64,000 nucleotides of DNA from Eledone cirrhosa (Eukaryota), in NCBI GenBank assembly GCA_964016885.1, contig OZ024741.1:326678001-326742000 (forward strand), written 5' to 3'. Positions 26,569 through 38,985 of this stretch are shown here, in pieces. Position 1 is the first letter of the stretch. The number at the start of each line of letters is the position of its first letter. Under the pieces are notes generated by a model. It worked only from the letters and a program-made list of their open reading frames with translations, was not told where the DNA came from and did not search any database. Made by a program: the position numbers and the translations under genes.

Positions 26569-26789
26569 CTAAATGAAAGATAAAGGTAAATACAATTTGG
26601 CACAAGTATTATTTTAACTCATATATATACACTACAGATTCACTTTATACACAATATATGTACACAATATATATACTGCACTGTATATGATGTTATCCAA
26701 GGGAAAGTCAACCTGGCACCAGTGAGCGATCAATTCATTTCTAGAGATAGCAAGGGCTGAAAGATCTTGTCACCAGTGACGTCGCAACT

Positions 26790-26915
26790 CATATCTACTG
26801 TTGAAAAATCTGGAGCAGCGTTAAATTAAGTCCTTTGCTCAAAGATACAACACATCACTAGGTCCGAGAATCGAAATCACAACCTCATGATTGTAAGCCC
26901 AATGCTCTCACTACT
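26790..26915 (-). mobile_element. tRNA-derived SINE (decayed)
   Basis: Minus strand agtgagagcattgggcttacaatcatgaggttgtgatttcgattctcgga..tctttgagcaaagg..gctgctccag. Confidence 0.6.
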
Positions 26916-26939
26916 ATTAACAACAATAATAATAATAAT

Positions 26940-29900
26940 GGTTTCTTTATTGGCCACAAGGGCTGACATCAATAAAAAACATCACAGACGGAACAGGACG
27001 GTACGGTGAGGGTTTTGTGCGTGTAAATATTTGTATTATTTATATAAGAAAAGAAAAAAAACATAAAACATATATAAATATAAACAATAAAATGAAAATT
27101 GAAACAATGAAAAATTCCCCAATAGGGGGGAAACCTCCGAGGGTTACTCGTGGCGAAAACCACACAAAAGACCACGGCCACCCCGACTACCAGGGCAAGC
27201 GCCCTCTCTCAATTTTTCCATCTCTCAAACTACAGACGCTCACCCCCCTTTCAACAAACTTGCTAGAAAGCAGCACTTGCCTCTCCACCCTGATAATCCT
27301 CTTGTGAAACTTGAAAAAGCTAATTAGGGATTCGCCGAAGAGGAAAGTGTTTGTCTTTAATCCTTTTAACCTTGTCCACCACACAATATCTTTCGCCATG
27401 GCCACCAGGCAGATGAAAACAACCTGCCCTTCCTCCTCGAAGGAAGACGGCGAGACCATCTGCACAATGGACTCAGTCGACAACCCGATCTGTCCCACAC
27501 GTGACAGCAACTGTTCGACATAGCTCCACAAGTCAGCAATGCTCGGGCACTGAACGAGTGCGTGCACAACGGTTTCGTCGCTATGCGCGCATCTCGGATA
27601 AGCTCGGCTGACGGCACTTCCATGCCTGTAGAGCTTATCTCGAACCGGCAGCGCCCCCGGTAGCACTGCCAGGCCAGGGATTTTTTGAAGTTATCCATAG
27701 GCCTCGGGCTGAAAGTTCTCCGGAAGAGAGCAAACATCTGATCTTCTTCGACGGCTAGGATCTCTCCGAGAATGTCGTCGCTCTTCCCCTCCACTAGTCC
27801 TCTATAGAACGCCGAGGTGGATGTTCCACCGATACTGGTGCCCAACTGGGAGAGGGCAGTGAGCGCCTGGAGACATTCCAATTTCCAAGCGCTATCCCTC
27901 GGTCCTTTTCTGACCCAGGACTGCAGCTCCGTCAAGGAGACGAGCTGTGGGAAAATGTGCCTGGCGAACGGCGACCACACCCGTTCACCATCAAGGAAGC
28001 ACCAGAGATGTCGCAGCCTCAGCGCATGTTTGCTCATCATCAGCCATGGCATGCCCAGTCCTCCACGCAACGGGTGTTGACAGCAGATGGATCGTCTGAC
28101 CATTGGAGCGCGTCCCTTCCACAAAAAGCGGAAGAGGAGGCGCTCCATTTTGGTGAGAGTTGGGCTGGAGCAAGGGACGACGGTGAGGCGGTAGCAGATG
28201 ACGGATGCGATGTACGCATTCGCCACTTCCGCCCGGCCTTTCAGGGACAGCTTCCTCTCAGCCCATTTCTGGGTGAGGGAGGCCACCCTGCTCGTCATCT
28301 CGTTCCAGTTTTTCTCCATCTGGAGGTCCGGTCCGAACCAGATCCCGAGCAATTTAACCGGTCCGTCCGTCCGACGCCCCACGACTCTGTCGGACGGCAT
28401 GGACTTGCCTCTCCAGGTGCCTAGCTGCAAGCCCACCGACTTTTCCTGGTTTATCTTTGCTCCTGTCACCGCTTCGTATTCCTTGAGAGCAGTGCCGAGC
28501 ATCTGGACGTGTCTGGTGCTCGACACCACCACAGTAACGTCGTCAGCGTAAGCCGACTCGAATTTCCCGTATCCTAGTTCGCGTGGGACGCCCCTCGTCG
28601 ACCCCAGTTTGTACAGTAACGTCTCGAGAGCCAATACGTACAAGAGGGACGAGAGAGGACAACCCTGGCGGACTCAGTGCATCATGCTGAACGGCTGCGA
28701 AAGGTGACCGTTCACCCTCACAACTGAGCAGATGTCGCTGTACATTGCTGCGATCCAACGCCTGAAAACGGGCCCGAAACCGGCTGCCTCGAGGACCGCC
28801 GCCAGGTACCGTTGGTCAACCCTATCGAATGCTTTGGATTGATCCAAGTTGATCAGGGCCCCACCTTTCCCAGGTTCCTTAACCACCCTTTCTATGATGT
28901 ATCGCATGAGGTGGAGGTTGTCGTGTATGGATCTGTCCGGAATGGCGCCTGTCTGCGCCTCTCCCACCAGACCCTTGACGACAAGCGCCAACCTCGTTGC
29001 TAACACCTTGGCCAAAATCTTGAACTCTGCGTTTAGCAGAGTTATGGGCCTGAAATTATCAATAATATCCCCCTTGTTCGGGTCTTTTCTCAGCAGCGCC
29101 ACTGCTCCCCGGCTCACAAAACTGGGAATGCTCCCGTTCTGCTGCCACTTGCAGTAGACGTCTGCCAAGAGGTCACTGAACAAGTCTGGCATAAATGCAT
29201 AAAGGTCGTAGGGCAGACCATCTAAACCTGGCGATTTACCTCTTGTGCAGTTAGCCATCGCTTCCCGTATTTCACCGGCTGTTATTGGCTTTTCGCAACA
29301 CTGTGCTGCGGTCGTCGAGAGCCGAGGCAAGCCGTCGAGGTATGCACTGAAGTCCATGCTCCTATCCGGGCCGCCCCCGCTCCCTAACAGTTCAGCAAAG
29401 TGCTGCTGAAAAGCTTCACATATCCGCTCGGGTTCGAGCATCACGCACCCGTTTTGGTCAGACAAAGACCGAATTGTGGCTTTGTTGCCACGTCACGCCT
29501 CTGCCACCCGGGCCCATTGGACGGCTTTTGTCCCCTCGTGATTCAGAGCGCGCGCTCTAGCTCTGACAACGCAGCCTTCGTGTTTTGCGTTGAAGAATTG
29601 GTCGAGTGCCAATCTCACCGCAAGCACGTCAGCTGCGATGCCTGTCCTAAACGCCTCTTCTAGCTTTCTGACTAGCTCTCCCTCTAATCTATTTTCCTCT
29701 ATCACTACTCCTTTGCTAAACCTAATCGACTCTACTTTAATTGCCCTTTTCAGGGCGAACCACCACCTGTTGTTGACGACCGCTCCCGTCAAAGCCCGCT
29801 TAACTAATACGCTAATCCGGTCTCTGTAGTTTGCCCGCCTGGAAAGACGCGTTCAGCTTCCAGTAACCAGGCCCTTGTCTATGAAGTCTGTCTATGTCGA

Positions 29901-32900
29901 TCTCACAGGTCACAAATCTGTGGTCTGTGTAGTCGACTATTTTAAATTGTGGACAACTTATACTAGCCTTATCTAGTTCCCTGCAGAATACCCTATCTAG
30001 ATACGATCTGGATGACCCCGATGCGGTTTGTCCATGTCCAGATTGGCACATTCGGGTCATCAAGTCGATACCTGTTAGACTGTTCAGAACGTCTGAGCAG
30101 GTTGGTGAGGCTCTTGCACCCTCCTCCCCTATCCACTAGCCCCACACGATCCCAGCGTGCATCCAAGATACCGTTCCAGTCGCCCACTAACACTAAAGAG
30201 CGGGACGTTCCAAGAAAGGTCTCTAGACGTCTGAAGAAATCTGGCCGTCCTTCCCCAGTTGGGGCGTAGACGGCTACTAGCCTGAAAGTATTGCCTTCGC
30301 TGCCGGTCACGTCCAGCACCACCGACTTACCTTCTGGGTCCAGGAAGATGGCCCGTATCGCGAGATCCAAGCCTCTCCGAAAAAGGACGGCAACGCCTCC
30401 CCCCGATCCTGGACGGCTGGGAGATGCGTATACATCGTAGCCGCCGAAGATTGGTGCGAAGGCCCGTGCCTCGGAGATTCTGGTTTCACTGATAGCCACC
30501 GCACCTATGTTTAGTGACCTGAGGTCATTGAGCAGGTGACCCTGCTTCCAAGATGACTCCAGGACACGTGCATTTATACTGCCTATTCTGAGTACAGCCA
30601 TGTTGGATGAGAAACGGGGCAAATGAGAGGAGTCACTTACCTTGTTCGTGTGATGAAGGGACAGTAGAACCGTCCCTTTCGCTGGTCATGGGTGTTTCCA
30701 AGAGGATGTCAGTGTATATCCTCTTGGTAACCGTCCCTCTGAAGTCTCCAACTGCGTTGGGGAATTTGTGTTTTAAAGGTTTGTACTGTTTGTACTATTG
30801 AGATTTCGATGATGCTTATGTTTGTCGGGAGAGTTCTTGGTGTTGGTGGGGTGTAGTAGTTTTTTTCCGTGATGTCTGTGTGCTGCTTTATATATTTTAT
30901 GAGTTCTTTTTTTGCTATGTTTATGGCTTTATACTTTTTTGGGGGAAGGGTGATTTTGTTGCCGTTTTCTTCTTGTTGCTGTTTGGTGTGTGTGTCTTGT
31001 TGTGTTTGTGTTGTTGGTGTTTGTGGTGGTGTTGCTGCAAGTTTCCTTGCTGCCTTTACCCCTCTTTGTATGCCTTCGCTTTTGGAGGGTGAATCTAAGG
31101 CTTTTTTTGTTTTTTGTTTTTTGTGGCAGACTGTTTGCCACGTCACTCCCGCCTCAAACACCATGTCGGATTCTGTGGCGTCTCGGAGGGGCATGTGCTC
31201 CACGGCTGCTGGTGGTGGTAGTGGAGCCCTCTTTGTCAATTTTGTTGCTGGTGTAGCTATTTCAAATGTAGCTATTGGTGTTGCCGCTACTGATGATGCT
31301 GCGTTAGTTAAACATGGCCTTGGTACGGGTGCTACGGACGTTGCCCTCCTACTCACCGTGGAAGGGGCTTCTTCGTTTGTTGCCTGTCCTGCTCTTGGTA
31401 GCATTGGACCAGGTATTGTAAGGAGAGGGGCCCTCTTCGGTGTCTTCTGCGGGCAAAAGGCCCTGAGGTGACCTTTCGACCCACAGAGATAACATTTTGG
31501 CAGTCTTCCTTCTACACTTATAGGGAGTTGGAGTCCTTCCTCAAAGTCTATGATATCGGGGATAGCCTCGATACATTCCTGGTCAGTTTGTATAAGCATT
31601 TGCATGCCTATACCTGACCAGTTCTCTCTCCCTATTTTTTCTACTTGCAGCTTGGTCGCCCTGTTCTCAATTCCAGCAAGGACAGACGTGGCCAGCCAAG
31701 GTATGGGCACGTCGTGTGATACCTGGGTCACTTTGACCCTCACAATTTTCTGCCCGCAGTAGGAGGGCACCAAGACTAACTCCTCACTCTTTAGGTTTCC
31801 AAAGAGTGGGACTTTGGGGTGTGGCTAAAAGTACGTCTACTGTGGCGTACTTTCTGCCTCGGGTGATGCGGGTTTTGCGTGCCCAGACGCACCCCAAGGC
31901 CTTTCAGATTTGAGCCTCCGTGGCTCTCTCCACTCGATGTGAGATTTTGCTTACGGTGCGATAAGTCACCGTCCGTAGCTACTGGTCCTTGAAAAAATCG
32001 GGTGGAGGTTTCAGGGAAACTCTATTTGCGCTTCTTGTCACCACGGCCCTTGCGACTGCCATCTCCTCCTCTGTGAGTAACACTGTCTCGATATTTTGGG
32101 CGACACCTGCAAAAGAAGTGGTCCCTTTTTCAACAGCACCACTATTGCTGCCGCTACTGGTCTTACTGGTGGTGCTGAGGTCGCTATTACAGCTTTCGGT
32201 GTCATTGTTGTTCTTTTCGCTGGTACAGTTGTTGGTGTTGTTTTCGTTGATACTGTTGCTGCTGTTACTGTTATTGTGGCTGTTGTTATTATTGTTGTTT
32301 TTGTTGATACTGTTCCTACTATTATTGTTGTTGTGACTGTTGTTATTGTCATTGTTATTGTCGTTCTCGACCTTACCGCTGTTATTTTTGTTATTGTCGT
32401 TCTGGACCTTACCGCTGTTATTTTTGTTATTGTCGTTCTCGACCTTACCGCTGTTATTTTTGTTATTGTCGTTCTCGACTTTACCGCTGTTATTTTTGAG
32501 TTGTTGTTGGTGATGTTGTTGGTGTTATTGTTGGTGTTATTGTTGGTGTTGTTTGTGTTAAAAATATTTGGTAATTTTAAATGTGTAACAATCTTTTTTT
32601 TCTTTGTAATATTTTCGTTTATATTTACCTCCGCTGGAAGCGTGTCTAGTTGACATGCTGATAAAGTCTCCCTCTCTCTGTGTTGTCTGACAGCGCTCTC
32701 TCTCTTTTTTGTGTTATCCATGTTGAAGTTTTTCAAAAAAAATATTTTTACACAAATACGAAAACGACACCCCGTAAAGGGCTAACGTATTATTTACTAG
32801 TGAACCCCTGTGTTAGGTGGGTCACTTCTTCTAAACTTTTATCAAATTTAAGACTTGAATAAAAGGTTTAGAACGGTTGAAATGAAGGTAAAACGTTGAA

Positions 32901-32934
32901 AAAAACTGGAGGCGAAAAGAAGCGTGGCTTCACC
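26940..32934 (-). mobile_element. Tx1-type retrotransposon, copy C (full length, disrupted)
   Basis: (AAT)n at both ends. ORF1 about 32721-30633 with CYLCGSKGHLRAFC; ORF2 from ATG 30601 (MAVLRIGSINAR, ISET, VGDWN, LDQSKAFD, AYADD, HALVQC); 3' end gcccttgtggccaataaagaaacc. Confidence 0.95.
32355..32497. repeat. 36-bp tandem repeat x4 in copy C ORF1 linker
   Basis: gttattgtcgttctcgaccttaccgctgttattttt repeated with period 36. Confidence 0.9.
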
Positions 32935-32967
32935 AACAATATTAATAATAATAATAATAATAATAAT

Positions 32968-33010
32968 TGTTTCTACTTTAGGCACAAGGCCAGCAATTAC
33001 CCAGTGCATT
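32968..33010 (-). mobile_element. 3'-terminal fragment of the Meta-like SINE embedded in (AAT)n
   Basis: Minus strand aatgcactgggtaattgctggccttgtgcctaaagtagaaaca matches 49752-49794 with 2 differences. Confidence 0.85.
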
Positions 33011-33036
33011 ATAATAATAATAATAATAATAATAAT

Positions 33037-36000
33037 GTTTTCTTTATTAACAACAAGGGTTTACATAAAGTAGACATTAAGGACAGTACAGGACAATACA
33101 GGACGGTACAAATGGGCATTTCTGCGTGTAAAAAAACAAAAACAGAGGATGTAACAAAAAAATAAACAATGAAAAATTCTCCAACAGGGGGGATACTTCC
33201 GAGGGACATTTGTGGAGAAAGCCCATTAAAAGGCCACAGTGACCCTGACCACCAGGGCAAGTGCCCTCTCCCAGTTTTCCACCTTTAATTTACAGACACA
33301 TACTCAAATATGCCCATTCACTCGGGCCATACTTGCTTCTCTCACCTATCTTTCAACAAAATGCTGGGAAGAGAGCACTTCCTTCTCTACCCTTATTTTC
33401 CTTTTCAAATAAAATTTGAAAAAGTTAATCAGGGCATCACCGAAGAGATAAGTGCTCGTCTTCAGCCCTTTCAAACGTGTCCACCATACTATCTCTTTCG
33501 CCATGGCCACCAGACAGATGAAAACTGCCTGCCCTTCCCGGCTAAAGGAAGAGGGCGGGGAAATCCTCACGATGACCTGCGCGCATCTCGGACATGCCCG
33601 GCTGACGGCACCTCCATGCCTGTAGAGTTTATCCCGAACTGGCAAAGCTCCTCGGTAGCACTGCCAGGCCAGAGATTTCTGGAAGTTGTCCATAGGCCCG
33701 GCCCGAATGTCCTTCCGAAGAGATTGGCTAGTTGATTTTCGTCTACGCCTAGAGTTTCTCCAAGTATGTCGTCGCTCTTCCCCTCCACTAATCTTCTATA
33801 GAACGCCATGGTGGAGGTTCCACCGATCACATTGCCCGATTGGTCGAGGGCTGTGAGCGACTGAAGACATTCCAGTCTCCAAGCGCTCCCTCTCGGTCTT
33901 CGGTTGACCCAGGACTGCAGCTCCGTCAAGGAGACGAGCTGGGGAAAGACGCGTCTAGCAAACGGCGACCACACCTGATCATATTCGAGTAATAGGTGGA
34001 GATGTCGTAGCCTGAGCGCCTGTCTGCGCATCATCAACCACGGCATGCCCAGCCCTCCACGTAGCGGTTGTTGACAGCAGATGGACCACCTGACCATCGG
34101 AGCGCGTCTCTTCCACAAAAAGCGAAAGAGCAAACGCTCCAGCGCAGTCAGGCGGGGCTTAGGACAAGGTACGACGGTCAGGCGGTAGTAGATGACGGAG
34201 GCGATGTAGGCGTTAGCCACCTCCGCTCGACCTTTCAGGGATAGCTTCCTCTCCGCCCATTTCTGGGTGAGAGAAGCCACCCTGCTCGTCACCTCGTCCC
34301 AGTTTTTGTCCGTCTAGAGGTTTCGACCGAACCAGACCCCTAGCAATTTAACCGGTCCGTCCGTCCAACGCCCGACGACGCTGTTGGACGGCATGGACAT
34401 GCCTCTCCAGGTGCCGAGCTGCAGGACCACTGACTTTACCTGGTTGATCATTGATCCTGTCACCGCTTCGTATTCTCTTAGTGTAGTGCCGATCGCCTCG
34501 ATGTGTTTGGCGTTGGACACCACTACGGTGACATCGTCCGCATATGCTGACACGGATCTTCCGCATCCTAGTTCGCGCGGGACCCCCTTCACCGTCTCCA
34601 GTTTGTGCAGTAATGGCTCGAGAGTCAATACGGACAAGAGGGACGAGAGCGGACATCCTTGGTGGACCGAGCGCATGATGTTGAACGGTTCCGAAAGGTG
34701 ACCGATCACTCTCACCAGAGAGCAGATGTCGCTGTGCATGGCAGCGATCCAGCCTCTCAAGACGGCCCCAAGGCTAGCCACCCTCAGGACTGCCGCTAGG
34801 TAACGATGGTCGACCCTATCGAAACTTTCAACTGATCTAAATTGATCAAGGACCCACCCGTGCTAGGTTCCCTAGCTACCCTCTCTACGATGTATCGCAT
34901 GAGGTGTAGGTTGTCGTGTATGGATCTGTGGGGAATGGCGCACGTCTACACCTCTCCCACCAGACCACCAACGACAAGCGCCAACCTCTTTGCTAGCATC
35001 TTGGCCAAAATCTTGAACTCTGTGTTTAGCGGAGTTCTGGGCCTGAAATTATCTATGATATCTCCCTTGTTCGGATCCTTTCTCGACAGCGCCACAGCTC
35101 CTCGGCTCACAGAGCTGGGAATACTCCCGTTCTGTTGCCAGTTGCAGTAGACGTCCGCCAAGAGGCCTCCGAACAAGTCTGGCGTCTGTACGTAAAGTTC
35201 ATAGGGAAGACCATCCAAACCAGGCGATTTACCCCTTGTGCAGCTAGTCATTGCCTCCCGTACTGCAGCGGCTGTTATCAGCTTTTCGCAACACTCCGCC
35301 TCAGTGGCCGATAGCCGCGACAGTCCGTTGTGGTAGACACTAGAGTCCATCCCTCGATCCGGCCCGCCGCTGCCCCCGAACAGCTGTGCGAAGTGTCGCT
35401 GAAAAGCTTCACTCACTTTCCCGGGATCGAGTAGCATGCGCCCGTCGTGTTCCACCAAAGACCGGATCGTGGCTTTTTTGCCACGACGCGCCTCCGCCAC
35501 TCGGGTCCATTGAACGGCTTTCGTCCCGTCGTGTCTCAGAGCACGATCACTAGCTCAGAGAACGCAGCCTTCGTGCTTTGCATTGAAGAATTGGTCAAGG
35601 GCCAATTTCGCCGCAAGTAAGTCGGTCGCGATGCCTTTGCAAAGCGCCTCGTCTAATTTTCTAACTAATTCCCCCTCTGCTCTATTTTTCTCTATTGCTA
35701 AAGCCTTACTAAACCTAATGGACTCTATTCTAATCGCTCTTTTCAGAGCAAACCACCACTTGTTGTTGGCGATGGCCCCTGTCAACGGCCGCTCAACTAG
35801 TTCGCTAATCCGGTCTCTGTAGGCCTTGCGCGCTGGTAAGGACGCGTTTAGCTTCCAGTAGCCGGGTCCTCGTCTATGAAGCCTATCTAAGTCAAGCACA
35901 CAGATCACGAATTTGTGGTCCGTGTAGCTGACTATTTTGAATTGTGGACAGCCTATGCTAGACCTATCTATTTCCCTACAAAATACTCTCTCTAGATATG

Positions 36001-38310
36001 ATTTGGATGACCCTATGCGATTTTTCCAAGTCCACATTGGCACATTCGCGAAATCCAATCGGTACCTGTTTGACAGTTCAAAACGCTTGAGCAGGTTGGT
36101 GAGGCTCTTGCACCCTCCTCCCCTATCCGCTAATCCCACACAGTCCCAACGTGCATCTAAGATCCCGTTCTAGTCGCCCACTAACACTAAAGCGCGGGAC
36201 GTTCCAAGAAAGGTCTCCAGACGCCGGGAGATATCAGGACGCCCTGCTCCTGTCGGCCACTAGCCTGAAAGCTTGCCCGTCTCCGCTGGTCACGTCCAGC
36301 ACTACCAACTTACCTTCTGGGTCCACGAAGATGGCCCGTATGGCGATATCCAAACCTCTCCGAAAAAGCAGGGCAACTCCACCCCCCAATTAGGACGGCT
36401 GGGAGATGCGTACACATCATAGCCGCCGAAGATCGGTGCGAAGGCCCGTGCTTCGGAGATTCTGGTCTCGCTGATGGCCACTACATCTATGTTTAGTGAC
36501 CTGAGGTCGTTGAGCAGTTGGCCCTGCTTCCATGACGACCCCAATCCACGCGCATTTATGCTGCCTATTCTGAGTGAGGTCATGTTGAAATGGAGTGGAA
36601 AAGATGGGAAAGACCACTTACCTTAGATGGTTTCTTCATCCCTTTTCACTTGATCGTCTGGTGAAGGGACCGTTGAATCGTCCCTTCGGCTGGCGTCGGC
36701 TCTTCTCTGAGTATATCCGAATATACTCTCCGGTTGAGTGTCCCTCCTAGGTCTCTGAAATCACCAACTGCGTTGGGTAATTTCATTTTAATGTTTGTGT
36801 ATTGTTTCTGTGATATTCTTACCAGTCTTATGTTCGTTGGTGTTTTGATTGGTGCTGGTATTATGTAGTTGTGCTGTGAAATGTCTGCGTGTTCAATTAT
36901 GTAAGTCATTAGTTTCTTGTTGTGTGTATTTATTGCTGTGCATTTCTTTTTCTGGCGGTGGGGTGTGGTTCTGCTATTTTCTTGTCGTTGTTGCTGGGTG
37001 TGTGTGTTTTGTTGTTGTGTTTGCGATGTTGGTGCTTGTGGTGGTGGTGTTGAAGGTGTTGTTGTTGTTGGCGGTGGGGTTGCCGCCGGTGGTTATGGTG
37101 GTGCTAGTGTGGGTGGTGATGGTGTTGGTGGTGTTGCTGCTGGAAGTCTCTTTGCAGTAACCTTTACCCTTTTTTCATTTCTTCCTGCGCTGCTTCTGCG
37201 TTTGTGCCTTCTTGCGACCTTTTGCCATCCCTCTCCCATCTCACACTCCATGTCCTATTCTGTGAGGTCGGGGAGTATACCAGCTCCAATCTTTCACTTG
37301 TTCTTGTTGGTTATGGTTGCAGTGGAGTCTTTGTTGCAGCTGCAGTTGGTATTACTGTTGTTGTTGTTAATACTTCCACTGCTGCTGTTGTTCTTGATTT
37401 TCGTGGCGTGGGTTTGGGTGCCACGGACCTATCCTTCCTGCTTGCCGCCTGTCCTGTTGCTGGCAGCAGTGGAGCCGGTTTCGGAAGGAGGGGGCTTTTC
37501 TCCTTTCTCAGGGTCTTCTCATTGCAGAAGGCCCTGAGGTGAGTCTTCGACCCACAGTGAAAGCATTTCGGGCGTTTGTCCTCAACACTTATGGGAAGTT
37601 GAGTGCCGTTATCGAAGTCCATCATATACGAGATAGCTTCGATGCACTCCTGGTTGGTTTGAATTAACATCTCAATGGAGCTGCCGACCCAATCTTCTCG
37701 TACTTTTTTCTGTACTTGCAGTAGAGTTGTTTTGTCCTCGATTCCGACGAGGAAAGACGCGGCTAGACAAGAAGGGGCCATCCGGGCATGTGTGTGTGTG
37801 TGGGGGGGGGGGGGGGGTCAGTTTGACCCTCACACTTTTTTGCCCGCAGTAAGAGGGCACCAACACCATTTCCTCGCTCGTTAGGGTCACTAAGGATTGA
37901 GTCTTTGCCTCCTGGGCTGTGGCAAAAAGCACGTCCACGGTGGCATATTTCTTGCCTCGGGTGATAAGCGTTTTCCGCTGCCACACAGACCCTAAGGCTT
38001 TTTGTATTTGAGCCTCTGTGGCCCTTTCAACCCTACGTGATTTGGTGCTTATTGTACGGTACGTGACCGTACAGTGCTGTTGGGTTTCGAAAAATGTTTC
38101 GACTGTCGTGCAGATTGCTCGGTGTCCGGTTTTCGTCACCACCTCCTTTGCTTCCTGTAATTTCTCATTTGTTTTAAGGATGGTTTCCAGGTTCTTTGCG
38201 ATACCTGCAAACGAGATTGGTTTTTCTTTCTTGTTGTTGCTGTTGTTATCGTCAGAGCTGCTGTTACTTTTGTTGTTGCTGCTGGTATTATGACCACCGC
38301 CGCCGCTGTG

Positions 38311-38344
<34 letters not shown>

Positions 38345-38947
38345 CTGTTTCTCCTGCTGCTGTTGTTGTTTATGCTGTTGCTGGTGATGTTGCGGCTGCT
38401 ACTAGTAATTTCCTTGTCACTGTTGCTGCTGTTATTACGGCTGCTGCTATTCTTCATGACGTCAGACGAATGAAATGGCTTTCCGTATTTACCGCACACA
38501 TTTTTCGTCGTTGTCGTCGTCGTGGAGAAATGTTCGACGGTATGCACGTTCTCTTGGTGAAAGCTACCAGAAGCTATCTTTTTCTTTTTCTTTAATCGCG
38601 CCGCTTGCGAAAGCGGCGACACCACATTTAGAGAAGGGAGGGAGAGAGACATTCTTCTCTCTGCTGTAATGACGATTGAGGAAGAAGAAGACGGAAAGAG
38701 TGTGAGTGACTTGTGAAAATTCTTTTTTGTAGCCATGTTTTTTTTTTTACGGTTTAAAATGAATATTGGGCACAAAACGCCAATAAGCGGTTATTTAACA
38801 CCGAAGGGCCAAATAACGGACAGAAAGACCCCTCTCATGAGGAAGGGGGTGTTTATCTACAATTTGGTTTTAAACGATTTACAATTGTTATGGCGGTTAA
38901 AAGTTACTATACCTTATAGAGCCGAGCCTCTGTCAACCATGGCATTC
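33037..38947 (-). mobile_element. Tx1-type retrotransposon, copy D (full length, disrupted)
   Basis: (AAT)n flanks. ORF1 from about 38736 with CFHCGSKTHLRAFC; ORF2 36583-33290 and 3'UTR very close to copies A and B. Confidence 0.95.

Positions 38948-38983
<36 letters not shown>

Positions 38984-38985
<2 letters not shown>

Noticed and set aside
32355-32497. 36-bp repeats as a CRISPR-like array
   Set aside because: No spacers; plain coding minisatellite in a eukaryotic retrotransposon
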